Shown one piece after another: positions 17,362 through 27,259 of a stretch of 64,000 nt of DNA. Position numbers and translations under genes: made by a program. The notes under the pieces are model-generated. The model was given only the letters and a program-made list of their open reading frames with translations. It had not been told where the DNA came from and did not search any database. Location of the stretch: the IMG/VR virus record IMGVR_UViG_3300027499_000006, positions 10,950 through 74,949 of that record. One strand, 5' to 3'. Source of the DNA: a virus. Position 1 is the stretch's first letter. Every line of letters begins with the position of its first letter.

Positions 17362-18420
17362 ATGACTAACTTGTGGCTCACAACCCAGGAGCTCGGCGCA
17401 GACTGGGAAGATTCGCCCTACGCAGAAGAGGCAGTTCGTAGTGCCTCATATATTCTGTGGGCTCTTTCTGGTCGCAAATACACAGGGCTCACAACAGTAA
17501 CTGAGCGGTACGTTCGCTTTGTGCCCCTCATCAATACTCGTATGCTCCAGCAGGAAGCGATTCTCAACTCTCGCGTAAACCGCGCCCTCCAGCTTGTTGA
17601 GCCTTGGGTCTCTCCCGAAACTAGGATTAGACTTCGTGGCCAAGCTGTTCGAGAGATTAAGACAGTGCGTGCCACTAATGGGGACATAATGTCTCCCGAT
17701 AAGTATTACCTTGTTGACCACTCAACAATACAGTTTGCCGAGGGCGCTCTGATTGTTCCTGCCGACATCGAGATTACTTACACATACGGTTCTGAGCCAC
17801 CCGTCATGGGTAAAATGGTTGCCAAGAGGCTCGCCACTGAACTTCTAAAGTCGTGGAACGGACACTCCGACTGCGCTCTCCCCGAGCGTGTGACGTCTAT
17901 CACTAGGCAGGGAGTCTCCTATACTCTGCTAGATAGCCAAGACTTTCTTGAGGAAATGCGTCTTGGTATTTATGAAATTGATTTGTTCCTGAAGACAGTT
18001 AACCCCAACAAGGCTCAGAAGCGCTCTAAAGTGTTTTCCCCCGACATCTCTCGTGCTCGCAGATACACACCAAAACCTATTAAGCTTGCAGTAGACGCAG
18101 ATTTTGACATTTCTGTACCCAAGCTAGGGATTGGAACCAAGAGTTTTACCCTAGAAGATGTCAACGCAGAGTTTCTCGAGTCTGAGGCTGGTTGGACACT
18201 CCAACTAGTTCTCAAGAGTTGGGGCGCTGACAGACAGAAGACTTTAACCGATGAAGAGTATATAAGTTTAGAAGACGGAGAAATAACCGTATCTATCTCA
18301 TATTACGATGCATACTCCGCCATTCAGTACACCGACCCAGGGACTTGGGACCTCTACGGTGAGAAAGATGGGGAGCTTACTCCTATTGCATCTGGTAACT
18401 TGTCTATAAATCTAAATTAG
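17362..18420 (+). CDS. Head-to-tail adaptor
   Basis: ASYILWALSGRKY...ITYTYG...C.LPERVTSITRQGVSY...GIYEIDLFL; synteny. Confidence 0.7.
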   Translation: MTNLWLTTQELGADWEDSPYAEEAVRSASYILWALSGRKYTGLTTVTERYVRFVPLINTRMLQQEAILNSRVNRALQLVEPWVSPETRIRLRGQAVREIKTVRATNGDIMSPDKYYLVDHSTIQFAEGALIVPADIEITYTYGSEPPVMGKMVAKRLATELLKSWNGHSDCALPERVTSITRQGVSYTLLDSQDFLEEMRLGIYEIDLFLKTVNPNKAQKRSKVFSPDISRARRYTPKPIKLAVDADFDISVPKLGIGTKSFTLEDVNAEFLESEAGWTLQLVLKSWGADRQKTLTDEEYISLEDGEITVSISYYDAYSAIQYTDPGTWDLYGEKDGELTPIASGNLSINLN

Positions 18421-18436
18421 ACCGGAGAGACAAACA

Positions 18437-18949
18437 ATGTCAGTTATCAACATTAGCAATCTAGATTTAGACCCAACGGCCTTAAATCTTAGGGACCTGC
18501 TCGAGGGAGTTCTGAATAGAGTTGTAAGTATTTACGAGTCATATGGAATGCCACTTCCTACTAGACGCTACTACACCTTTGGACAGCCTGCCGTCGACTG
18601 TGAACAAGTTGTTGTCTCGTTTGCTCAAATGTATTTAGGCCCCCCAGGGGATGAAGCATCTCTCCCCCAAAGATGCAACATGCCAAGAACAGTAGTTATG
18701 AACATCTTTGTCTCTCGGGCTATCCCTGTAGTGGGCGCTAATGGTAAGGCCCCAGATGGAGATAAAATTGAAAAGGCAGCTGAAGTATCTGCTGTCGATG
18801 CTTGGATTCTTATGAACTCTCTCTATCTACTTGACCAGTGGGAGGAAGACGGTCCTTTTGGGCTGGGGGTTATTGCAACAGTAGATGTGGATGAGCCCCA
18901 AGGCGGGTTCCAAACAGTCAACATGCAAATAACCATGGCGGTCCCCTAA
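18437..18949 (+). CDS. Neck / tail-completion protein
   Basis: 170 aa, PAVDCEQVVV...PQGG; synteny between adaptor and gp10-like gene. Confidence 0.5.
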   Translation: MSVINISNLDLDPTALNLRDLLEGVLNRVVSIYESYGMPLPTRRYYTFGQPAVDCEQVVVSFAQMYLGPPGDEASLPQRCNMPRTVVMNIFVSRAIPVVGANGKAPDGDKIEKAAEVSAVDAWILMNSLYLLDQWEEDGPFGLGVIATVDVDEPQGGFQTVNMQITMAVP

Positions 18950-19494
18950 TGGTTTATGGAATTAGAGACAGCTGGGTCCTTTGGGGGGCAAGGAGAATTG
19001 CTCGTTCATTAGCTAGAGCGGGAACGGTGGCTGCTTCTGGTTTTGGGGGTACTGACGGAGTTAGATATACCTGGCGTGTGGGTAATGTAAAAATATATGA
19101 CGCCAAATTAAAAACTATGTTGAAGGGGCCTAGAGGCGATGTAGCAAGATTTATGAGGGGTATTGGACAAGAAATTCAAGTTTTAGCTAAGCAACAAGTA
19201 AAAATTAGAACCGGAAAGCTGAGAAGCTCCATCAGAGTAACCCAAAGAACGTGGAGAACTGAGCGAGCAGTGGAAGTTGGTTCTAAGATGAAATATGCAT
19301 ATATGCATCACGAGGGCACTAGACCGCACTTAATTGTTCCCGTTAGAGCCACTCATTTAAAGTTCCGCTCAGGTGCCCGAATTGTTTTTGCTAAATCTGT
19401 CCTACACCCTGGGACTAGGGCTAACCCATATCTCAGGAGAGCAATGCGCCTAGTTATGATGTCTTCCACTTACAACGCTCGAATTGGGGCTTAG
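18949..19494 (+). CDS. HK97 gp10-like neck protein
   Basis: Basic; RTGKLRSSI...YAYMHHEGTRPH...V.HPGTRANPYL. Confidence 0.65.
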   Translation: MVYGIRDSWVLWGARRIARSLARAGTVAASGFGGTDGVRYTWRVGNVKIYDAKLKTMLKGPRGDVARFMRGIGQEIQVLAKQQVKIRTGKLRSSIRVTQRTWRTERAVEVGSKMKYAYMHHEGTRPHLIVPVRATHLKFRSGARIVFAKSVLHPGTRANPYLRRAMRLVMMSSTYNARIGA

Positions 19495-19574
19495 AGTTTT
19501 GTTTCTCAGGTATACTGAGTATTAGGCTGAATGCCAAAATGACAATTTAAGTTAACGAAAAAAGGAAAAATATA

Positions 19575-19916
19575 ATGAGTGAAAAAGCTAGGTTCAAAGA
19601 CTTTGGAGCTGGAGTAGCAAAAGAGGCTAGTCCGCTTTCATTTAAAATTCATTCTGAGGAGTTTCATTGTGTTCCCAGAATTCAGGGTCAAGTTCTTCTT
19701 GATTTGATTGCCAGCACTGGCGACAATAGTGCTCAAAATTCTGCTGGAGTTATGAATATGTTCTTTAAGAATGTTCTTCAGGATGAGAGTTACACACGAT
19801 TTGACGCTCTCACCCGCGACAAAAACCGCATCGTGGAAGTTGAGACTCTTGCTGAGATTGTTTCTTGGCTTATGGAAGAGTACTCTGACCGCCCCCCGAC
19901 GCAGCCAGAGGATTAA
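19575..19916 (+). CDS. Tail assembly chaperone (gpG-like)
   Basis: 113 aa, two genes before the tape measure; slippery C-CCC-CCG near the 3' end. Confidence 0.75.
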   Translation: MSEKARFKDFGAGVAKEASPLSFKIHSEEFHCVPRIQGQVLLDLIASTGDNSAQNSAGVMNMFFKNVLQDESYTRFDALTRDKNRIVEVETLAEIVSWLMEEYSDRPPTQPED

Positions 19917-20326
19917 TAGGTTGGGCTATAGCCCTCTGGCCCTACATAAATGGAAAAGCCCTAACACAACACCTTAGTTTGAAAGAAATGGAGGCATCAG
20001 AGATGCTTGATGTTATTCATTTTTATCTTGAGGATGATTTTGCGGGCAACTCTCAAGAGTCAATACAAATTAGAAGCATGTCTCGAGAAAACCTATATCA
20101 AGAGCTATATGGAGTGACATACCAGTTCCCCGTAAAAAATAGTGAATCCCGAAAAGGAAAATCCTTTGACGTCGAAATGTTACCGTTCGACAACGAAGAT
20201 GGACCAGAGGAAGAGATAAAGCCGTTTGACCCCAAACAAAAGGCGAAGCCCTATGTTGCTCCGACACTTGTTTCCGCTTCTGAGCCACTTCCCTTCGGGA
20301 ACATACTAGATGCACCACTGAAATAG
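19889..20326 (+). CDS. Tail assembly chaperone C-terminal part (gpGT), reached by -1 frameshift
   Basis: The -1 frame opens at 19889 right after a TGA and reads PPPDAARGLIGWAIALWPYINGKAL...EMLDVIHFYLEDD to 20326. Confidence 0.7.
   Translation, partial: PPPDAARGLIGWAIALWPYINGKALTQHLSLKEMEASEMLDVIHFYLEDDFAGNSQESIQIRSMSRENLYQELYGVTYQFPVKNSESRKGKSFDVEMLPFDNEDGPEEEIKPFDPKQKAKPYVAPTLVSASEPLPFGNILDAPLK
19892..19898 (+). promoter_or_regulatory. -1 ribosomal frameshift heptamer C CCC CCG
   Basis: X XXY YYZ register in the gpG frame (CGC CCC CCG). Confidence 0.65.
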
Positions 20327-20333
20327 GTAGATA

Positions 20334-23300
20334 ATGGCAGTCGTTGGCGAAGCCCACATCATTGTTAGAGCTATTACTACTTCCGTTGAGAAGGATATTC
20401 GTAAAGGGTTTAGCGGTATATCTGGTGCTGGTGGTGAGGCTGGAGACAATTTAGGTAAGTCTTTTAGAAAAGCTCTCGATAAGCAGATGAGTGCTAGCGG
20501 ACCAGGGAAGCTTGCAGACGCACTTAGAGGACTTGTCCCTGAGGCTGAAAGAGTATATCTACAGTTTAGGCGACTTACTCGTATTGGCTATGCTGCCCAA
20601 GCTGGGTTTGGTGCCATTGTCGGTTCAATTGGCTCCATTGTAGGCGGGCTAGGTGCTTTAATTGGTGTTGCTGGGGCTGCCGCATCCTCGCTTATTGCGG
20701 TGGCCAGCGCTGGTGCAAGTATTGGAACAGCATTTGGGGTTGCTAAATTTGCTTTTGGCGGTATTGGAGAAGCAATGCAAGAAGCCAGGGGTGGTGGTGG
20801 TGGAGGTGGACAGGACAACACTGCAGCTATAGAGGCTGCGCAACGTAAGTTGGCAGAAGTTATTGCAAAAAATAGCGACAAACTAGTTGACGCAAACAAC
20901 AAGGTGACAGTAGCGCAGGAAAAACTTAATCGAGCTCTAAGGGAGGGTAGGGAGGAACTTCAGCAAATATCCTTCTCTGCCGAGCAAGCTGCTCTCGATG
21001 AGAAAGAGGCAGCTATTGAACTGGAGAAAGCCAGAGAGACACTCCAAGGTGTGCAAGACCTACCACCAAATTCTAGGGCTCGAAGAGAGGCGCTTCTTGC
21101 ATATGAGCAAGCCGAACTAAATCTCAGATTGGCTCAAGACGCTGCCTCGGACTTGGCTACTGAAGAGCAGAGACTATCTCGATTAGGTGTCGAAGGCACG
21201 GAAGATGTTATTGATGCTAGGCGGGAGCTAGCCGAAGCAGAAGAAGACAGAATCAGAGTTATCAGAGACAATGCTTTTGACTTAGCAGATGCTGAAGCTG
21301 ACCTTGAGGAAGCCCTACGAAAAACTTCTGCAGCACTTGGAGCAGCTACCCGAGCCTATGACAAGTTGACTGCCAGTCAAAAAGTTTTTGTTGGATTCCT
21401 GAAACAGATTAAACCCCTCTTTGCTGGGCTACGAGAAGATGTTGCTGGGGGGTTCCTTCCAGTTCTTCAGACACAGATACAGAGGTTTATTGACGCTGGG
21501 CTCGTAGGAGTTCTTAGTGCGGGGTTTACTGAAATTGGTGTTGCCCTTGGCGAGACTAGTGAGCTATTTACAAGCGCGTTCTTGAATTCTCGGGGGCTAG
21601 ATAATCTTTCTAGCTTCTTCACTACTACAGCTCGAGTAGTTCCTTCTATGGGTAGGGCACTAGGTCTTAGTTTTGGGAGCTTCCTAGAAGTACTAAAGGC
21701 TGCCGAGCCAATCACTATAAGATTTGTAGAGTTTATTGAGGGCAAGGCAGAGACTCTCCAAAATTTTCTAAGTGTTAAAGGCGCAAGTGGAGAACTTGAA
21801 GCATTCTTTACTAGAGCTGGGGATTTGGGTGCCCGCTTTGGAGACGTATTTGGGAACATATTTGGGTTCTTAGGCGATATTATTATGGCCAACTTTGGAC
21901 CTGGTAGTGGCGGAGACATGGTCCTATCGTGGCTTCAAAAAGTCACACAGGGATTTAATGATATTGACCCAACCTTCTTGGAGAGCTACTTTAAGGGTGC
22001 ATCAGAAAATGCAATTGCTCTCCTAGACTCATTTGGAATTTTGTTCGAGCTCCTTATTAGAGCTGGTGATGACCCTGGGGTCAAGGGATTTTATGACAAT
22101 CTAAACCAAGGTGCTTCAGCACTAGCAATAATTATTAGGGAGTCTGTGGCAGCTGCTCCATCTTTAGGAAGATTTTTGGCCCTAGCGACCGAAATTATTG
22201 CTATATTTGCCGACTCTGGGTCTGTCAAGGCATTTTTTGACACACTAAATATAGGTCTTGGGGCACTTCTCAACTTCCTAGAAGCGATAAAACCGGCTAT
22301 TGACTTTGTTGGACCAATTTTTGCTACCATTACCGCTATAACCTTGATGGGCTCTCTTCTACTTACAGTAGGTAAAGTCTTTGCTGGATTCGGCATTACT
22401 GCGCTTACTAGTCTGGCAAGAATACCCGCAACTGCCACTCTTGGTATTAACGGCTTAACAGGTTTATCTGGTGCTTCTACGAGGGCAGCTGCTGCTCTTG
22501 CAACTGTTGGCCCCGCTGCCACGGTAACCGCAGCGCAGACGACAGCTGCTGCCAAACTTACAGCTGCTGGATGGACTGTTGTGCCTCCCGCCATTGCAAA
22601 ATCAACAGCTGCTCTTGCAACTGTTGGCCCCGCTGCCACGGTAACCGCAGCGCAGACGACAGCTGCTGCCAAACTTACAGCTGCTGGATGGACTGTTGTG
22701 CCTCCCGCCGCGGGGGCAGCAGCTACAGCATCAACAGTTGCTGGAACAGCGATAAAGGCCGCTTTTGGTCCGATTGGTATAGCGATTGGATTAGTAACTG
22801 CAGCTTTTGCTTTACTTGCGTACCAATCTGGGAAAACTCAGGAGGCAATTGATAATGCCTCTGTAGCGACAACAAACGCCATGAAGTCTGGGGCTGACGG
22901 AACAGAAATCTTTAATAGCGCTCTCGCAGCCGTTGGGGATACTGCCACTAGGGATGTTCTTGCTGGGACCAAGAATCTTGCCGGTAGCATAGATGGTCTA
23001 ATCTCCAGTCAGGAGAACGCTACCACAGTAATGACACGCTATGGTAGGGCTACTATAGGCCCGAACAAAATCTCAGAGGGATATAAAAATACCCTAGAAG
23101 CTGTCGGAAATTCTTTGGGAAACCTTGCTACAACTAATCTTCCCGAAGCTCAACGCAGTTTTAGTAGTCTGGTAAAAGCACAGAAAATCTCCAACGACGG
23201 TGCTTTGGAAATGCTTGCCACCAATGACGGTATGAGGCAGTCTTTTATTGACCAAGCAAACCAAATGGGAATTAATATTCTTGGCATCAACGGAATGGTT

Positions 23301-24437
23301 GATGAGCAACTTCTCCTCAATTTTGCTCTAGGTCAGGGAGAAGTTGCTGTTAGGGCAGCGGCGGATGCGGAGCGCTCAAGGCTGGAGGGCATCCGTAGAG
23401 TAAACCAAGGTCTCTCTGAGGCGGCTCAAAGAGCAGTTGGATTTGGTGACGCCACTTCTATTGCGCTAAAGAACGGCGAAGTAAATTTTGAGCAGACAGT
23501 CAAAAATCTTAATGACAAAGCATTTGCATCTACTCAGTTCTTTAATAATCTACTTACACTCCAGCAAAAGGGCATAAGCGAATCGGCTATTAATTTCTTG
23601 AAAACAGCAGGAGACCAAGGTGTGCTTCTTGCTCAAGATTTGGTGGGTAGGACCTCAGCTGAGCTTTTGAAATTTAATGCTCCATTCAAAACATTGGAAT
23701 TGCAGTCTGGCCCAACTTTTACTCGAATTAGTGACAGCATAACTAAAGCTTTGAACGGTGGGAAAATTGGTACTGAAACTGCAGCCAGACTGCAGGCTCA
23801 ACTTTCCAGTGCCACAACCGCAGCAGATATGCAACGAATCGGAGGGCAACTTGCCCGAGAGATAGAGAAGTCTGTAAGTGCAAAAGACCCTTGGAAGAGA
23901 ACATCCGCGGCAGTCACTGCGGGCGTCGATGGTGCAGCCACGGGTAAGGGCATCGCTGATGCAGTTACGGGAGCACTTGGAAGTGTAAAGACTATGAATG
24001 ACGCCAAAAATGCTGGAAATGGGATAAGAAATTCACTACAGAGTAGCTTTAGTACGCCAATTAGTGTGACTATACAGGTTAAAACCAAATACCTAAAGGC
24101 TACTGGAGGAATTGTTGAAGCAGCAGTTGGAGGTCTTATTCGAGGCCCTGGGACTGGGACCAGTGACAGCATTCCAGCAATGCTTTCTGATGGTGAGTAC
24201 GTCATTAATGCCAAAGCAACTTCTATGTTTAGACCAATCCTTGACGCAATCAACTATGGAAAGTCAATTCCTGCGTCTCCCCCAACAGGGGCTGTCAATA
24301 CTAAACAAGGCTCCACTTCTTCCCCTCAAAATATCAACATCACCGTAAACCCATCCGCTGGTATGAACGAACGAGAGCTCGCTAAACTGGTATCTAGAGA
24401 GATTGCATACTCAATGCGTAAGGGGGCCATGTCGTGA
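20334..24437 (+). CDS. Tape measure protein
   Basis: 1367 aa, Ala/Gly-rich with coiled coils and hydrophobic segments; N-terminal AVVGEAHIIVRA; C-terminal GGLIRGPGTGTSDSIPAMLSDGEYVINA. Confidence 0.92.
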   Translation: MAVVGEAHIIVRAITTSVEKDIRKGFSGISGAGGEAGDNLGKSFRKALDKQMSASGPGKLADALRGLVPEAERVYLQFRRLTRIGYAAQAGFGAIVGSIGSIVGGLGALIGVAGAAASSLIAVASAGASIGTAFGVAKFAFGGIGEAMQEARGGGGGGGQDNTAAIEAAQRKLAEVIAKNSDKLVDANNKVTVAQEKLNRALREGREELQQISFSAEQAALDEKEAAIELEKARETLQGVQDLPPNSRARREALLAYEQAELNLRLAQDAASDLATEEQRLSRLGVEGTEDVIDARRELAEAEEDRIRVIRDNAFDLADAEADLEEALRKTSAALGAATRAYDKLTASQKVFVGFLKQIKPLFAGLREDVAGGFLPVLQTQIQRFIDAGLVGVLSAGFTEIGVALGETSELFTSAFLNSRGLDNLSSFFTTTARVVPSMGRALGLSFGSFLEVLKAAEPITIRFVEFIEGKAETLQNFLSVKGASGELEAFFTRAGDLGARFGDVFGNIFGFLGDIIMANFGPGSGGDMVLSWLQKVTQGFNDIDPTFLESYFKGASENAIALLDSFGILFELLIRAGDDPGVKGFYDNLNQGASALAIIIRESVAAAPSLGRFLALATEIIAIFADSGSVKAFFDTLNIGLGALLNFLEAIKPAIDFVGPIFATITAITLMGSLLLTVGKVFAGFGITALTSLARIPATATLGINGLTGLSGASTRAAAALATVGPAATVTAAQTTAAAKLTAAGWTVVPPAIAKSTAALATVGPAATVTAAQTTAAAKLTAAGWTVVPPAAGAAATASTVAGTAIKAAFGPIGIAIGLVTAAFALLAYQSGKTQEAIDNASVATTNAMKSGADGTEIFNSALAAVGDTATRDVLAGTKNLAGSIDGLISSQENATTVMTRYGRATIGPNKISEGYKNTLEAVGNSLGNLATTNLPEAQRSFSSLVKAQKISNDGALEMLATNDGMRQSFIDQANQMGINILGINGMVDEQLLLNFALGQGEVAVRAAADAERSRLEGIRRVNQGLSEAAQRAVGFGDATSIALKNGEVNFEQTVKNLNDKAFASTQFFNNLLTLQQKGISESAINFLKTAGDQGVLLAQDLVGRTSAELLKFNAPFKTLELQSGPTFTRISDSITKALNGGKIGTETAARLQAQLSSATTAADMQRIGGQLAREIEKSVSAKDPWKRTSAAVTAGVDGAATGKGIADAVTGALGSVKTMNDAKNAGNGIRNSLQSSFSTPISVTIQVKTKYLKATGGIVEAAVGGLIRGPGTGTSDSIPAMLSDGEYVINAKATSMFRPILDAINYGKSIPASPPTGAVNTKQGSTSSPQNINITVNPSAGMNERELAKLVSREIAYSMRKGAMS
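22491..22709 (+). repeat. Identical 102-nt direct repeat (period 117 nt = 39 aa) in the tape measure gene
   Basis: 22491-22592 equals 22608-22709 (AALATVGPAATVTAAQTTAAAKLTAAGWTVVPPA x2). Confidence 0.9.
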
Positions 24438-27256
24438 CTAGAGTAAATTTAGCTTTCAACCCCTCCTTCCGTCTGGGTACTAGTGGCTGGGAACCTATTG
24501 GTGACGCAACAATTGCAGAGTCAACTGCATATGGTTTCTTTGGGACGCGCTCTCTAGCAGTCACTCGCTCTTCAACTGTTGGTACGGGTGTAAGAAACTC
24601 CACTCCTTATCGAGTGCAAGCAGGGTTGCCCTATAGCGCGTCTATCTATGTCTTTATCCCAGTTATTGTCCCAGCCATTGAGTCTGCTCCTCTCCAGCTC
24701 ACCATTACATGGCTTGATATAACTGGAACAGAAGTCGGACAAAACTCTTCCGTAGTTGTGACAAAAACTCCCAGCGCCTCGTGGAGCAGACTGACACTTT
24801 CCGTTGCGCAGGCCCCCGTTGGCGCTTATTCTGCCTATGTCTCTCTGGCGCAGGTTATCTCTGGCTCCTCAGGGAAGCTTTTCTACATAGACGCAGTTTT
24901 GTTTGAGCAGTCTGACTTTGTTGGTGAGTATGTTGACAATCTCACTCAAACTGAAGAAAACACTTATGTTAATAACTCACTGACTCAAGTTCCAATTCCA
25001 AAAATTACTGGTATGGAGCTCAATGGTGACATTAGCTTGGGAAGTCTTATCCTCAATACTATTGACGAGGACGGTGTTGTGTGGGTCTGCACCAACATCA
25101 CGGGATGGTGGGAACAGCCAAACGCTGAAATGCCCGATATCACTAGAGGAACAGAAGACGGCTCTTATCAAGTAAATGGTCGCTATACGGCAAGATTTAT
25201 CACTTTAGAAGGAGTGTTCCTCCCCCAAAACAAAACTCAAATTGCTACGGCACGTGACAAGCTGACGGCAGCTAGCAATCTTGTCCGTCGCGGGGAGTGG
25301 CTACGTGCTAACGAGGGGCCAACTCGGGCAGCCTTTGTTCGTTTGACTGGTCAGCCCAGAATGGAAACAGTTAATCCTCGTGGGCGCACTGAATTTTCTA
25401 TAGGTCTTGTTGCTCCAGACCCAATTAAATATCAGTGGAATGATAACGACTCAGAAAATGGTCTGTTTCAAGCCACGTCGCCCGCTGGGTCTCCCTTGGT
25501 AATATACAACAGTGGGACAGCAGAAGTTAAATGCGTTTTGGCAGTACGTGGGCCTCTTGGGGCCGAATCAACTATTGAGAATGCAAGCAATGGAAACATT
25601 TTAACACTCTCTGAGCCTCTACGTGGACGTGGGCCAATAGGAAAAATAACTCAGATTCAAAGATTTCAGGGTGTTGCCACAGCCACCACAGAAAAAGCTC
25701 ACAGCCTAGTTGTGGGAGATAAAATTGAGGTCTTCAACGCCCCCACTCAATTTAACTCAAGTCAAGGAACACCATTTTTTACTGTTTTGAGTTCTACAAC
25801 CGAAGAGCCGTATCAATTTAGCTATAGCCTACCTGGAGGAGACATCTCTGAAGTTAATGTGTCAGGTACAGTAGCTCTGGTAAGCGAAGATGTCATAGAA
25901 ATAGACACTTATGACCAGTCGGTTAGTTTTAATGACGACACCGTCGGGGAGAGATTCAGACTATCCCCTTTGGTTGACTGGATTGCTCTCATCCCAGGAA
26001 ACAACACTCTAGTTGTTACTGAAGACCATGACCCATTTAAGGTTGAATCTAAGTCTTACGCTCGTAAGGTTCTCGGTGTTGCTAGTGGTGCTAACACTGG
26101 TGCTACCGTACCCGTGGACGACGCCACCCTATTTGAAGTTGGTATGGTTGTTGACACTCAGACTGGCGCTACTGTTGACAACACTGGACTGGTTGTTGCG
26201 TCTAGGAGCCTCACTGTTGGTGCCAACACGGTTACCTTTACCACTACCCCATCCACACCCACTGCTGATGGTGACACCCTTCTTCATGTTGGTAATGGTG
26301 TCGCCACTCTTACTTTGGATAGGGCCCACTTTATTAGGATTGATGGTGAGAAAACCATCGACGTTTTTCTGCCAGAAACAGCCGAGGTTGTGGCTAAAGA
26401 GATTGACGAGGAAGTTGCTACTCTGACGACCACTGCCCCCCACGGGTTTGCAGTCGGAGATATCATTGATGTCAAGCTGACCGTGTCTGTTGATATTGAC
26501 ACTAAAGAAGTAGATACTAACGTTGCAACACTTATTACCACTGAGAGCCACGGCATTGAAGTAGACGAAGAATTTGACGTTGATATGGCGACTGTGGCAT
26601 CAATAATTACCAAACAGAGTACAGGCAATGTAGTAACCTTGAGAACTTCTGCTGACCACAGGTTCTCGGATAATGACTCGGTGGAAGTAGATTTACCAAC
26701 AGAAGCTTCAATCTCCAAAAAACTTCTATTTGCCAATATTGCAACTCTAACTACTTCAGCCACGCACAACTTTTCAAACGGAGACACCATTGATGTCAAT
26801 CTCCCCGAGACTGCCACTATCAACCAAAAAACAATTCTCGGAGATACTGTAACTCTGCGGTCAACCTCTGCGCATGGATTCTCTTTGCAGGACAAAGTTA
26901 CAGTAGACTTTAATGAAACTGCTAATATTACAGATTTTTCTTTTGATGGAACTACTTCTTATTCTGTAACACTTACAACAGAAGACCCACATAATTTTTC
27001 AGTCGGTGATAGAATAGAAGTTGATATTACTGACGACAATGTAAATGTGCAATTCAACGGAACATGGATTGTCAATGCCATTCCTTCCTCTACTCAGATA
27101 AAGTACTTGTACTACGAAGACGACACCACCGTGACCTCCTTAGAACTCACTGGAACTGGAACTGTTACCAACCTCACCAACCAAGAGATAAATGGACTGG
27201 TCACAATTACATCTATTCCCAGTAGCACTACGTTCACATACGTTAAGGAGGTGTAG
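24434..27256 (+). CDS. Distal tail protein (Dit) with N-terminal CBM-like domain and nested HxFxxGD repeats; lacks the Dit C-terminus
   Basis: Follows the TMP (GTGA overlap); NLAFNPSF...DAVLFEQ CBM-like domain; Dit core DGVVWV..ITGWW...GRY.ARFITLEG...F.IGLVAPDPIKY. Confidence 0.8.
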   Translation: MTRVNLAFNPSFRLGTSGWEPIGDATIAESTAYGFFGTRSLAVTRSSTVGTGVRNSTPYRVQAGLPYSASIYVFIPVIVPAIESAPLQLTITWLDITGTEVGQNSSVVVTKTPSASWSRLTLSVAQAPVGAYSAYVSLAQVISGSSGKLFYIDAVLFEQSDFVGEYVDNLTQTEENTYVNNSLTQVPIPKITGMELNGDISLGSLILNTIDEDGVVWVCTNITGWWEQPNAEMPDITRGTEDGSYQVNGRYTARFITLEGVFLPQNKTQIATARDKLTAASNLVRRGEWLRANEGPTRAAFVRLTGQPRMETVNPRGRTEFSIGLVAPDPIKYQWNDNDSENGLFQATSPAGSPLVIYNSGTAEVKCVLAVRGPLGAESTIENASNGNILTLSEPLRGRGPIGKITQIQRFQGVATATTEKAHSLVVGDKIEVFNAPTQFNSSQGTPFFTVLSSTTEEPYQFSYSLPGGDISEVNVSGTVALVSEDVIEIDTYDQSVSFNDDTVGERFRLSPLVDWIALIPGNNTLVVTEDHDPFKVESKSYARKVLGVASGANTGATVPVDDATLFEVGMVVDTQTGATVDNTGLVVASRSLTVGANTVTFTTTPSTPTADGDTLLHVGNGVATLTLDRAHFIRIDGEKTIDVFLPETAEVVAKEIDEEVATLTTTAPHGFAVGDIIDVKLTVSVDIDTKEVDTNVATLITTESHGIEVDEEFDVDMATVASIITKQSTGNVVTLRTSADHRFSDNDSVEVDLPTEASISKKLLFANIATLTTSATHNFSNGDTIDVNLPETATINQKTILGDTVTLRSTSAHGFSLQDKVTVDFNETANITDFSFDGTTSYSVTLTTEDPHNFSVGDRIEVDITDDNVNVQFNGTWIVNAIPSSTQIKYLYYEDDTTVTSLELTGTGTVTNLTNQEINGLVTITSIPSSTTFTYVKEV

Positions 27257-27259
27257 CAG

